This document shows, in pieces, positions 18,062-26,583 of a stretch of 32,000 bases of DNA. Location: positions 5,280,001 to 5,312,000 of the forward strand of contig NZ_CP074694.1 of the NCBI RefSeq assembly GCF_018398935.1. The letters are read 5' to 3'. This stretch comes from Telmatocola sphagniphila. Its GTDB lineage: Bacteria > Planctomycetota > Planctomycetia > Gemmatales > Gemmataceae. Position 1 is the first letter of the stretch. Each line of letters opens with the position of its first letter. The position numbers and the translations under genes were made by a program. The notes under the pieces are model-generated. The model worked only from the letters and a program-made list of their open reading frames with translations. It was not told the DNA's origin and ran no database searches.

Positions 18062-18889
18062 ATGAAGATAATCCACAGAATCTCTCTTAGCGCAACTAAA
18101 TCTCAGAGAACAGCGTTGGATGAATTGGGTGTTAAATATCAGGATGTTATTTCCGATTCAATAGTATTTGAAACTGACGAATCGTCAGCAAATTGGAGTT
18201 CAATCAGCTCTCTGCTCGCACTATGGAAATCAGGGAATTCAAATGTTATAGATATGGTAAGTACAAAATTTACTGAGATGGAATTGCTGAAGGCGGAAAA
18301 TTTAGTAATCGTCCCTGGCTGGCATCATGGTTATCCTGAACCGGACATTGCCATGGCCTATCTGAAGAAGACATACGATGAAATTGAGTATTGTTCAATT
18401 TGTGGAATAGGACTAAAGCAGCGAGAGCAATTTATTTTGCAGAAAGAACCAAAGTGGGGGTCAAAACAAATTCTCCAATTGAATTGGATATTCGATGAGT
18501 ATTTTGTAACTCCAGAAGTATGGGAGTTAGTGTTTAAACCTTTTAGAATCTCTTCAATCCCAGTTAGCAAGTTAAAAACAGGTAATCCTCTGGCAACTGT
18601 CGTGCAACTTAAAGTTTCCGATGTTTGTGAGCCTCTAACACCGTTTAACAGATTGAATTCCGTTCGATGCGACAAATGTGGTCGTTCGAAATATGCGAGT
18701 CACACAAAGGGACCGTTTCCACATGTTGTAATGCCCAAAAATTCGCATATTGCTAAAACTGCGGAATACTTTGGTAATGGTGCAAATGCATATAAAGAAA
18801 TAATTGTGTCTAGATCGTTATATCACGCAATTGTTTTAAATCGTTTGAAAGGAGCTGATTTTAAACCTGTAGAATCCTCTTTAAGATGA
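18062..18889 (+). CDS. double-CXXCG motif protein, putative immunity protein for O1
   Basis: 275 aa with 'CSICG' and 'CDKCG' motifs and a C-terminal 'EIIVSRSLYHAIVLNRLKGADFKPV'. It starts 14 nt after the O1 stop. Confidence 0.7.
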   Translation: MKIIHRISLSATKSQRTALDELGVKYQDVISDSIVFETDESSANWSSISSLLALWKSGNSNVIDMVSTKFTEMELLKAENLVIVPGWHHGYPEPDIAMAYLKKTYDEIEYCSICGIGLKQREQFILQKEPKWGSKQILQLNWIFDEYFVTPEVWELVFKPFRISSIPVSKLKTGNPLATVVQLKVSDVCEPLTPFNRLNSVRCDKCGRSKYASHTKGPFPHVVMPKNSHIAKTAEYFGNGANAYKEIIVSRSLYHAIVLNRLKGADFKPVESSLR

Positions 18890-19386
18890 AAGTTGGGCTA
18901 GACATACTATTTAGAGCCTCTAATAAAACGCCCGAAATAGTGTGGCATTAAAGCGTCATGAGTTCCATCTGGATTCAGGACTGAAACCATGTACCATGCA
19001 GATCTACAGGATAAAATTTGGCAAGAAATCGAACCGTTGCTTCTTCCGAATGAACCTCCCCGTGATCAAAGAGGACGTTCTCAAATCCCGAATACGATGG
19101 TCATGTGCGGTATCTTTTTCGTTCTGATTTCCGGTTTGCTTTGGGAGGATATACCCCGTTAAATGGGATGCTCGTGCATGATTTGTTGACGCATGCTTCG
19201 AGATTGGCAGAAACTTTCCATTTGGGATCAACTGCATCGTTTGATATTAGTCAGCTTGTGTAAAGCAGAGGAATGCGACCTCTCCCTAATCGTGGTCGAT
19301 AGCACTACTTCTCGATACGCTGGTGGAGGTGATCTGACCGGGTTAAATCCCAAAGATCGACGTAAACCAGTCAATAAGCTATACTA

Positions 19387-20554
19387 GTGTAGTGTCTCAG
19401 AAATAGCGTTACTTTTAGCTCCTTTTTGCGGTTTACTCTATAGAAAAGGAGAAAACCCATGAAAGTCGCGCTGCCAATCTTACTTTCTGACGAGGAACGA
19501 CAAACTTTGACTTCTTGGTCTCGGGGACGAAGTACTCCCGCTCGGCTGGTCCTGCGGGCGAAGATCATACTCGCGGCGGCCGCGGGTGTACGGAACAAGG
19601 ACATTGCTCAGCAGTGCGGCACGTCGAAGCCCACGGTGGCGCGCTGGCGGACCCGATTTGCGAAGCTGCGTTTGGCGGGTATCGAACGGGACGCTTCGCG
19701 GCCGGGTCGAACGCCAGCGATCAGCCGGAAAGTCGTCGAAGAAATTCTCCGCAAGACCACTCAGGAGAAACCTTCTGGTGCCACGCATTGGAGCACGCGA
19801 ACGATGGCCCAAGAGGTGGGAGTGAGCAAAGCCACCGTGCAGCGGGTTTGGTCGGCCCACAACTTGAAGCCGCACTTGCATAAGACCTTCAAGGTATCGA
19901 ATGATCCTCAATTCGCCGAGAAACTGTGGGACGTAGTGGGCTTGTACTTGAACCCTCCCGAGCACGCCCTGGTGCTGAGTTGCGATGAGAAGAGTCAGAT
20001 TCAAGCCCTTGATCGTACGCAAAAAAGCTTGCCGATGGTACCCGGCCGTTGCGGCACTCTGACTCACGATTACATGCGTCATGGCACCACCACTCTGTTC
20101 GCGGCCCTGAACGTGGCCGAGGGAATTGTGATTGGCGAGTGCATGCCGCGACATCGACATCAGGAATGGATCAAGTTTCTCAAACGGATCGATGCCGCCA
20201 CCGATCCGTCCTTGGATTTGCACTTGATCGTGGACAACTACGCCACGCATAAGCATTCCAAAGTTCGTCGTTGGTTGGCCCGGCATTCTCGATTCCACAT
20301 GCATTTCACCCCCACGAGCAGTTCCTGGATGAATCTGGTGGAGCGTTGGTTTCGCGACTTGACGGACAAACGACTGCGTCGAGGCACATTTCGAAGCGTG
20401 CCGCAATTAATCCAGGCGATTGAGGACTACATCGATCATCACAACAACACAGGAAAGGGATTCCAGTGGACCGCCAAAGCCGAAGTTATTCTGGAGAAAG
20501 TCCGCCGGGCGAGGGCTACCTTGGATAAAACACATTCTGTGTGAGACACTACAC
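19387..20554 (+). mobile_element. IS630-family insertion sequence (intact), TA target duplication
   Basis: Terminal inverted repeats 'gtgtagtgtctca' (19387-99) and 'tgagacactacac' (20542-54), flanked by TA on both sides (19385-86 and 20555-56). One full transposase ORF. Confidence 0.9.
19459..20544 (+). CDS. IS630 family transposase
   Basis: 361 aa with N-terminal HTH/winged-helix regions ('[46 protein letters not shown]') and a DDE_3-type core ('[12 protein letters not shown]', '[12 protein letters not shown]', '[11 protein letters not shown]'). Confidence 0.95.
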   Translation: MKVALPILLSDEERQTLTSWSRGRSTPARLVLRAKIILAAAAGVRNKDIAQQCGTSKPTVARWRTRFAKLRLAGIERDASRPGRTPAISRKVVEEILRKTTQEKPSGATHWSTRTMAQEVGVSKATVQRVWSAHNLKPHLHKTFKVSNDPQFAEKLWDVVGLYLNPPEHALVLSCDEKSQIQALDRTQKSLPMVPGRCGTLTHDYMRHGTTTLFAALNVAEGIVIGECMPRHRHQEWIKFLKRIDAATDPSLDLHLIVDNYATHKHSKVRRWLARHSRFHMHFTPTSSSWMNLVERWFRDLTDKRLRRGTFRSVPQLIQAIEDYIDHHNNTGKGFQWTAKAEVILEKVRRARATLDKTHSV

Positions 20555-20779
20555 TAGGGTGTGGATCGCAACGGTATTCCTCTCGAGGCTCATGTTAGGA
20601 GAACCAATCTACAGGATGTGAAAAAAATCATTCCTCTGGTGATCGACTTGCCGGCTCTTGAAGGAAAAGTCGGTGTATCCCATTAACAAACCCCAAGTGG
20701 TACTGGCAGATCAAACCTATCACGACAAATCAGGAGACGCCTTGCTTCGATATTTGGGAATCACGCCGCGTATGGCTAA

Positions 20780-20846
20780 GAAGGCCTAACAAAACCCGAG
20801 TTTGCCCATTGAAATCCGTCAAAAACCTAGGTTTTGTTAGGGCCTC
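20780..20846. mobile_element. 67-bp MITE copy B inserted in the IS1031-like transposase gene (TAA duplication)
   Basis: 'gaaggcctaacaaaaccc...ctaggttttgttagggcctc' flanked by TAA (20777-79 and 20847-49). Removing the element plus one TAA (70 bp) fuses '..GITPRMAKK' in frame to 'NTPNGSEMGKTRYVVERT..'. Confidence 0.75.
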
Positions 20847-21085
20847 TAAGAAGAATACTCCTAATGGCAGTGAAATGGGAAAAACTCGATACGTCGTGGA
20901 GAGGACCATCGCTTGGATACGCGGCATACACGGACTCCGAGTGCGATTTGATCGACACGACTGCATTTCTCAGACTTGGAATTCCTTTACCTTGGATTTT
21001 ATTTGCTTGTGAATTCTGATCGAATAATACGATTTTGATAAAGAGGTTTTTTGGGACTCTTTATTTTCTCTATTCTTCCATATAG

Positions 21086-21724
21086 ATGTTCTTTTCTCGT
21101 GTCGATGCGGATCCTATTACTTCTTTCGAGCCGAAATTCGTCGAGGAGACTTTTAGCCGGCTCGAAGTGATCTTCCATCTCTATGTGGAAAATCAGGTAA
21201 TTCGCACTACAGGAGAACACCCCTTCTACGCGGAAGGCAAGGGGTGGGTCGATGCTCAGGAACTCGTTATCGGGGACCGAGTTCTCGGTTCTAAAGGAGA
21301 ATGGCTGACAATTCGAGACTTGCTTGACACGGGCGAGTTTGAAACCGTATACAATATGCGAATTGCGGATCATCATACCTACTTCGTGGGCGATGATCGC
21401 TGGGGCTGGGATGTCTGGAGCCATAATAAATGCCACACGTACGCAATATTCAATAAAAAAACAGGTGATGTTTATAAAATAGGTGTAAGTCGTGGAGGAA
21501 TGTATAAATCAGGAAAGTCTATAAGAGCCCAGAATCAACTTGCGAAAATTGCTCGGAATAATAAAGTACCAAGAGAAGACTTGGAGTCAGTAATTCTCAG
21601 AGAATATCCTAATAGTACTACAATGTTCAAATGGGAAAATAGACTAGTAGGTTTTTATAGACAACTAGTTTATAGACTAGTCGAAAATATGCGTCCTAAT
21701 GGAATTATGTTTTATAATTGGTAA
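21086..21724 (+). CDS. orphan toxin cassette O2: 5'-truncated Hint (lacks Cys1) + GIY-YIG/URI-like nuclease tail (predicted)
   Basis: 212-aa ORF with its own ATG directly after an in-frame TAG. 'SRVDADPITSFEPKFVEETFSRLEVIFHLYVENQVIRTTGEHPFYAEG...WSHN' matches the main Hint from about codon 27. The tail is 'KCHTYAIFNKKTGDVYKIGVS..SIRAQNQ..KWENRLV' (Y-x10-YKIG spacing, then R, E, N). Confidence 0.7.
   Translation: MFFSRVDADPITSFEPKFVEETFSRLEVIFHLYVENQVIRTTGEHPFYAEGKGWVDAQELVIGDRVLGSKGEWLTIRDLLDTGEFETVYNMRIADHHTYFVGDDRWGWDVWSHNKCHTYAIFNKKTGDVYKIGVSRGGMYKSGKSIRAQNQLAKIARNNKVPREDLESVILREYPNSTTMFKWENRLVGFYRQLVYRLVENMRPNGIMFYNW
21097..21427 (+). repeat. Hint handle copy 3 (5'-truncated, ~330 nt)
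   Basis: Aligns by eye with about 14700-15033 of the main gene. Confidence 0.85.
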
Positions 21725-21760
21725 ATATGCATTTATTTTAATATTATCTTATAATTTATT

Positions 21761-22405
21761 ATGCCACTTACCCAAATCGAGATTTGCGCAGACGAGTCCC
21801 TGGTAGAATCGTATCCAGATGGATTCGTTATGCAATTCAGATGGCAATGCTGTTGCGTTGCGGGTCCATATTCGCGATTAATTGGCCGAAAAATAAGAAA
21901 TTTTCCTCACTGGAATTTGTTCATTCTTCTATTCGAGAACTCGAAAGAGGCTCTCGATCCAAATGATGGTTCGGTTGTTCTAAAGAGAAATTTTCCGTTT
22001 GCCGAATATCGCAGGGCAAATGACTATGGCAAAAAGTATCTTATCAGTCAACTTATACTGAGTATTGCCAAGGAACCTCCTTTTACAAAGGATGAGTATA
22101 TAATTTTCGAAAATATACACAAAAAACTGGTTTCTTTGAATTTTATATACACTCATCGAACAGCATACAAGTATATCGATAAGGATACATCTGTCAGACT
22201 GTACTGCCAGCTAGAATTGGACAAGTATACTCTAGGCGCTGAGATACGAAGAAAAGGTTATGGCGCGCTGGAACGTATTTTTATAAGTGATTTAATATCA
22301 ACAGGGGAATGGTGTTATCGATTTTCCCCAGTTTGGAAAGTTCTGGATAAAAACGTTAGGATTACTATTTCCTCAAGACAATCTTTTCAACTAGAGATCA
22401 ATTGA
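21761..22405 (+). CDS. hypothetical protein, putative immunity protein for O2
   Basis: 214-aa AT-rich ORF starting 36 nt after the O2 stop on the same strand. No recognised motif; the assignment is positional. Confidence 0.55.
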   Translation: MPLTQIEICADESLVESYPDGFVMQFRWQCCCVAGPYSRLIGRKIRNFPHWNLFILLFENSKEALDPNDGSVVLKRNFPFAEYRRANDYGKKYLISQLILSIAKEPPFTKDEYIIFENIHKKLVSLNFIYTHRTAYKYIDKDTSVRLYCQLELDKYTLGAEIRRKGYGALERIFISDLISTGEWCYRFSPVWKVLDKNVRITISSRQSFQLEIN

Positions 22406-22658
22406 AAGTTTAATAATACCGTAAGTGTAGTATTCGTATCGTAGCTGTCCAAACTGTAATATTGCACTTGCGCATTTTGGAGAATTTGTCATCTGAGTGG
22501 CATGATGATTCCCATCGACCAGCTCAGGAAAGATTTGCTCAGTGGAAAGATCGGCGGGGATCTCGAACGCGACGCTTCGACATGACTCCGACTCCTGAGG
22601 GTTAAAAACCATCAGGATAACTCATCTGACAAGGAGGAAGTTCACCAACCGGATACCG

Positions 22659-22793
22659 AAAGGTGAATGGCTGACAATTCTAGACTTGCTTGACAAAGGC
22701 GAGTTCGAAACGGTATATAATATGCGGATCGCGGATCATCACACCTACTTTGTAGGGGATGAATCCTGGGGCTGGGAGGTCTGGAGCCATAAT
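22659..22793 (+). repeat. Hint handle copy 4 (~135 nt)
   Basis: Aligns with 14899-15033 of the main gene, with a few mostly synonymous changes. Confidence 0.85.
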
Positions 22794-23153
22794 TCCATAT
22801 GCAGCGTTTTAGAAACTGAAGAAGCAGGATTGGCTTTTAGCACCAAAGCACTTAGGGTGAGTGAAATTCACCACATTGCATCAGAAAAATCTGCAAAGAT
22901 TGTAGCAGCCTTCACGGAGATTCTTAGAAAAGCAGAGCTAAGTCTTCAGTCTGCATTCAATAAAAATCGAGTAGCCTGGCATGTTAGTCCACACGGCGTG
23001 TTCTACAATCAGTACATTTTTAAACGATTGACCGACGCTGTCGGTGGCACAACGGGCTCAACTTATCGAGCCAAATTATTAGACGAGCTCTGGCAACTAA
23101 GAAGAGAGATACAGAATGGCGATCTTGGATTTTTGTTGAGGGATAGGGCATAG
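22686..23153 (+). CDS. orphan toxin cassette O3: last ~45 aa of Hint + AHH-type HNH/EndoVII nuclease tail (predicted)
   Basis: Homology to the main gene starts at 22659 ('KGEWLTILDLLDKGEFETVYNMRIADHHTYFVGDESWGWEVWSHN'). The frame is open from 22599 with no ATG; the track ORF uses the TTG at 22686. The tail is 'SICSVLE...EIHHIASEKSAKIVAAFTEILRKAELSLQSAFNKNRVAWHVSPHGVFYNQYI'. Confidence 0.7.
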   Translation: MLDKGEFETVYNMRIADHHTYFVGDESWGWEVWSHNSICSVLETEEAGLAFSTKALRVSEIHHIASEKSAKIVAAFTEILRKAELSLQSAFNKNRVAWHVSPHGVFYNQYIFKRLTDAVGGTTGSTYRAKLLDELWQLRREIQNGDLGFLLRDRA

Positions 23154-23216
23154 ATCATATCTATATTTACGATTTACCTCGAACGGAATAACAATGAAAT
23201 ATTACGAGATGAATAT

Positions 23217-24639
23217 GGCTCTTCCGTTTTTAGGCGCAACTCTCGGCGAATCGGTCATTTTGGGATAGATTGCAATTGAGAGTACCCTTTTCCTGGTTCA
23301 CGGAAGAGCCGATGACGACGACTACCATTGCCATAGACATGGACGTCCCTGCCGGAGTGAGCGTTGGCGAATACGAACGCATCGACGGGGGCCACGCCTT
23401 TCACGTGAGTTGGGAGTTGCCCGACAATCTTTGTTGCGAGACATGCCAGCGAGAGTCTCGGCTTCAATTGGTGGAGAAGAACAAGTTTCTGAGCATCCGC
23501 GATCTGGATTTGTGGGGTAAGCCGAGCTTTTTCGTGTACCAGGAGGTGTATCACCGCTGCCCGTCGTGCGGTCACCGTCAATCGCTGTTGCCGCCGTTCA
23601 AGCGTCGGGATGTGAAATATACGTTTCGCTTCGAGGAGCAGGTGCTGGTCAGTCTGATCGGGAGCACAGCCGAAGACGTGGCGGTGCGTTTGGGGATCGC
23701 CGCGGAGACGGTGGAACGAATCGTCAAGAACCGGATAGAGGACGCCAAGGCGAAGCAGATCGATCCCCAGCGGAAGATCGAGCGTTTGGGTCTGGATGAG
23801 ATCAGCCTGCGTAAGGGGCATAAGGGATATGCGACCATTCTCACAGACCTGACGAATGGGGAGCGTCCGGAGATTCTGGCTCTGTCCAAGGGTCGCGACG
23901 AAGCAGCGGGGCGAGCGTGTTTGGAGCATTTGTCGGCCCAGCAACGGTCGGCGGTGCGTTGGCATCATACGGACATGAGCCGCGGCGTATTTGAAGGCTT
24001 GCGGCGTGCATTTACCCAACAGCCAGTCGGTAATAGATCGCTTTCACGTCGCCAAGAAATTGGGTGAGGTGGCGGACGATCTGCGAAAAAACTATCGAGC
24101 CTACAAGCGAAGTTTGAGCGGGGAAGCCCGCAAGAAGCTGCGTTCTCAGATGCACGACTTCCGGCGTCGTCCCGAGGATTTGAAACCGGAGCAGGTCCAG
24201 GCCCTCGAGGATTTGTTCGAGAAGGTGCCTTCGTTGGGAACGATCTACCATCTGCGTTGGGAGGCGACCAAAATCTTCGATAGTGCCCCGAACCGAGCCG
24301 AAGCCTCGCGACTGTTGGAAGATTGGATCGTCCAGGCCCGCGAGACCGAGATGGATTGGGAGCCGTTCATCACGATGCTCAAGAATAACTGGGAGGGGAT
24401 CTTAGCCTACTTCGAGGAACGCAAAAGCAGCGGCCCGGTGGAGGGTCTGAATACCAAGATTCGGGTAGTGCTACGCCGAAGTTATGGAATTCAGAGTCTA
24501 ACTACGCTCTGGACGAGAATACTCCTGGACGTGAATTGGGCAGCGAAAAAATTAGGGCCGACCATTGCGGAGATTCGCGGCTTCGTCAACCAGATACAGA
24601 AGCATTTCTCTGGATGCTACACCTAGAAACGGAAGAGCC
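23217..24639 (+). mobile_element. ISL3-family insertion sequence with 8-bp target duplication
   Basis: Inverted repeats 'ggctcttccgttttTagg' (23217-) and 'cctaGaaacggaagagcc' (-24639). There is a perfect 8-bp direct repeat ATGAATAT at 23209-16 and 24640-47. Confidence 0.9.
23312..24626 (+). pseudogene. ISL3 family transposase, split by a +1 frameshift near 23985-23995
   Basis: The N-terminal part has zinc-finger Cys pairs ('CCETC', 'CPSCG') and '..LGLDEISLRKGHKGYATILTDL..HTDMSRG'. The second frame continues 'YLKACGVHLPNSQSVIDRFHVAKKL...GPVEGLNTKIRVVLRRSYG'. The two track ORFs (23270-24067 and 23991-24626) overlap. Confidence 0.85.
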
Positions 24640-25176
24640 ATGAATATAGATTCTGAATCCGTCACAGCTATGCCATCGATTCAAGATTGCTTTTCTGATG
24701 GAAGTGCTGTGGATATTTGGGCTTTTATACGCTGTGAAAAATATACTGGAAAAACGCCGATACCTTTTAAATCTGAAGATTCAAGGATCATCGATGATTT
24801 TAACTATACGGCATTTGGCGCCATAATTGTATCTGAGCGTATGGCTGTCTGCTTGCGAGATATATCGCCGAACGATTTTGAATTAATTCCATGTCTCATC
24901 AACAATAATTACACTTCGCTTATTGTTAACGTTCTAGCGAATCCTGATTGCATCGATACTGCTGCAAGTATAATTCAATATTATCCTCCCGACGATCCGG
25001 AAAAACCCAACAAACCGAGAGGCGTTATAAAATTGGTGATTGATTCAGCCCAGGCAAGTCCGCATCACATTTTACGTCCAAAATATTGGCAAGTCGAAAT
25101 TGTGATTTCTCAAATTTTTAAAGATGCTTTTGAGCAGGGGAAATTCACTGGCATGCGGTTTAGCCCGGCCTATTGA
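24640..25176 (+). CDS. Imm11/DUF1629-like putative immunity protein for O3, 5' end displaced by the ISL3 insertion
   Basis: The original start 'ATGAAATATTACGAG ATGAATAT' is at 23194-23216. After the IS the reading frame resumes at the duplicated ATGAATAT (24640): 'MNIDSESVTAMPSIQ...'. The C-terminus is 'YWQVEIVISQIFKDAFEQGKFTGMRFSPAY'. The track ORF 24565-25176 starts inside the IS. Confidence 0.7.
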   Translation: MNIDSESVTAMPSIQDCFSDGSAVDIWAFIRCEKYTGKTPIPFKSEDSRIIDDFNYTAFGAIIVSERMAVCLRDISPNDFELIPCLINNNYTSLIVNVLANPDCIDTAASIIQYYPPDDPEKPNKPRGVIKLVIDSAQASPHHILRPKYWQVEIVISQIFKDAFEQGKFTGMRFSPAY

Positions 25177-25204
25177 TTACTATTTCCCATTTTAGGAGAT
25201 TAAG

Positions 25205-25381
25205 GCTAATGCACCACTAAGTCGTTGTGGCAACGCGCGGGAGAATTTCGCATGGTTGAATCGCTTCACGCTCTCACTGCTGAAACAACACCCGGGCTAA
25301 GGAAGTCTGGTCATGAAGGGCCGATCCTGTGGTTGGAATTCCAAGTTCTTGCTCGAAATACTTACAGCTGTAAGAAGTTAG
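25205..25381 (+). pseudogene. ISAs1-family transposase C-terminal relic
   Basis: Translates to 'ANAPLSRCGNARENFAWLNRFTLSLLKQHPG*GSLVMKGRSCGWNSKFLLEILTAVRS*'. This matches the conserved ISAs1 C-terminus pattern (GNAxxNFAxLRRxALxLLKQ...KGSxxxKRxxAxWDxxFLxxxL) with one in-frame stop. No upstream catalytic part is present. Confidence 0.6.
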
Positions 25382-25548
25382 TTGCCGCTGGCCCTGGGGT
25401 CGTGCCTCGGGAATCCAGGGCTCCAAAAAGAGCCCACTGACCATCCGTTAAATCTGTTGAATAGGGTTTCCGCTCTATGTGTAATTATATTCACGTACAC
25501 GCTTTTGGATTAGAATCCGAGTTCTATGTTGAGAAGAGGTTTATTCAA

Positions 25549-26151
25549 GTGAACTTTTTCGCTATATTTACTAAAAAGGATGTTACACCATCGACTTCGC
25601 TGTTTTATAAATTAGATAAAATAACAGACAAATATTCGCCTATTTTAGAAATTAATCATTTGACATGCTCATTATGTATTAAATACGATGAAAATAAGGC
25701 TATCGAGTTGCTAAGTGCTAGAAAGTTGAGCGTATTGCCAAAAATGGATCATTTTGTTACTTTCGATGGATGGAGACTATTTTCGGAGAAATTTAGAAAT
25801 ATTGTAGAGTCTGTGGCACCGCGACTCGTAACTTGGTATCCTATAAGCACAAAAAGATCTGCTATATATTATGGGTCAATCCACTTTCTCGCAAAATGTT
25901 CTGAAGGGAATACATTGGAGTGTTCTAATAAATGCGATCTGTGTGGTCGATACGAGAGTGTTCTTGAGGGAAATGTACCGTTGAAATTAGAAAATATCCC
26001 AGATATTGTTGGTTTGCCATTTGAAGACAGATTTTGCTCTTCTCCCAGATGGTTAGTTTCCGATCGAATAAAAGCGAAGCTTGAGGCAGCAGGTATTACA
26101 AATATAGATTTCCATCGCTATTATAGAGACTCGAGGGTATATAGTATGTAA
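25549..26151 (+). CDS. family A immunity protein paralog (CXXC...CXXCG), cognate toxin lost
   Basis: Aligns along its length with 15369-15950 ('HLTCSLC..', 'HFVTFDGWRLFSEKFRNIVESVAPRLVTWYPI', 'CDLCGRYE', 'FCSSPRWLVSDRIKAKLEAAGITNIDFH'). The GTG at 25549 aligns with the paralog start. The track ORF extends to the ATG at 25477. Confidence 0.75.
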   Translation: MNFFAIFTKKDVTPSTSLFYKLDKITDKYSPILEINHLTCSLCIKYDENKAIELLSARKLSVLPKMDHFVTFDGWRLFSEKFRNIVESVAPRLVTWYPISTKRSAIYYGSIHFLAKCSEGNTLECSNKCDLCGRYESVLEGNVPLKLENIPDIVGLPFEDRFCSSPRWLVSDRIKAKLEAAGITNIDFHRYYRDSRVYSM

Positions 26152-26200
26152 ATTGCATCTTCAGAATGTGCAGGTAGATACTTATATCTATCAAGGGCAA

Positions 26201-26262
26201 CGGATCATCACACCTACTTCGTGGGTGATGAATCCTGGGGCTGGGAGGTTTGGAGTCATAAC
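26201..26262 (+). repeat. Hint handle copy 5 (~60 nt)
   Basis: Perfect match by eye to 14971-15030 of the main toxin gene. Confidence 0.85.
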
Positions 26263-26583
26263 AGTTGTGACTTACATCATTATCTACCGATGTTTATGGG
26301 AAGTATGGTACGGCGCGGCACTTTGTTCGCTCGCTCAATCCTAAAACCATTCATAAAGACAGATCATACCAAATTTCATAGGGACATAAATGCATTCTTA
26401 GAAACACTAGATATGACAGTTAAAAGAGGCAGAACGTCACAAGACATTATCACTACGTTTGCGAAAAGGAGCGACTCAAAGCATTTGTTGTGGTTATATA
26501 TATATTATGAACAGGAAATTGATGCTAAGGTATTTCTTAATAAACTTTGTGCGACTATTAGAGCGGGATACTTTCCTAGATGA
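26221..26583 (+). CDS. orphan toxin cassette O4: last ~20 aa of Hint + LHH-type nuclease tail (predicted)
   Basis: 26201-26259 is identical by eye to the main gene ('DHHTYFVGDESWGWEVWSHN'). The tail then reads 'SCDLHHYLPMFMGSMVRRG...DHTKFHRDINAFLE'. There is no ATG; the track ORF uses the GTG at 26221. Confidence 0.7.
   Translation: MGDESWGWEVWSHNSCDLHHYLPMFMGSMVRRGTLFARSILKPFIKTDHTKFHRDINAFLETLDMTVKRGRTSQDIITTFAKRSDSKHLLWLYIYYEQEIDAKVFLNKLCATIRAGYFPR

Larger units (their letters stand above)
18914..21060 (+). mobile_element. decayed IS5-family (IS1031-like) element carrying nested IS630 and MITE insertions
   Basis: The left end is 'gagcctctaataaaacg' after TTA. The right end is 'ggttttttgggactc(t)' followed by ttta. 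Transposase fragments are 'DKIWQEIEPLL..RGRSQIPNTMVMCGIFFVLISGLLWEDIP' (DUF4096-like), 'RMLRDWQKLSIWDQLH...VVDSTTSRYAGGGDLTGLNPKDRRK', 'GVDRNGIPLEAHV', 'VLADQTYHDKSGDALLRYLGITPRMAKK' and 'GKTRYVVERTIAWIRGIHGLRVRFDRH'. These lie in several frames with stops. The length is about 0.9 kb once the nested inserts are removed. Confidence 0.75.

Noticed and set aside
19480-20406. 308-aa minus-strand ORF inside IS630, and 254-aa minus-strand ORF (23255-24019) inside ISL3
   Set aside because: They are antisense to transposase genes with unambiguous motifs, have an Arg/Pro/Gly-rich shadow composition and show no independent signals.
22391-22612. 73-aa minus-strand ORF between the O2 immunity gene and O3
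   Set aside because: It has no motif, no paralog in the window, the opposite orientation to every other island gene, and it overlaps the 3' end of 21761-22405. Evidence is insufficient to call it a gene.
25225-25440. 71-aa ORF 'MWQRAGEFRMVESLHAL...'
   Set aside because: It is an off-frame read of the ISAs1 transposase relic. The adjacent frame gives the recognisable ISAs1 C-terminal motif.
14611-26262. Repeat/variable-segment pattern as a CRISPR array
   Set aside because: The repeats are 60-420 bp of protein-coding sequence of unequal length. The intervening segments are 0.5-3 kb gene cassettes. There are no short regular repeats and no cas genes.
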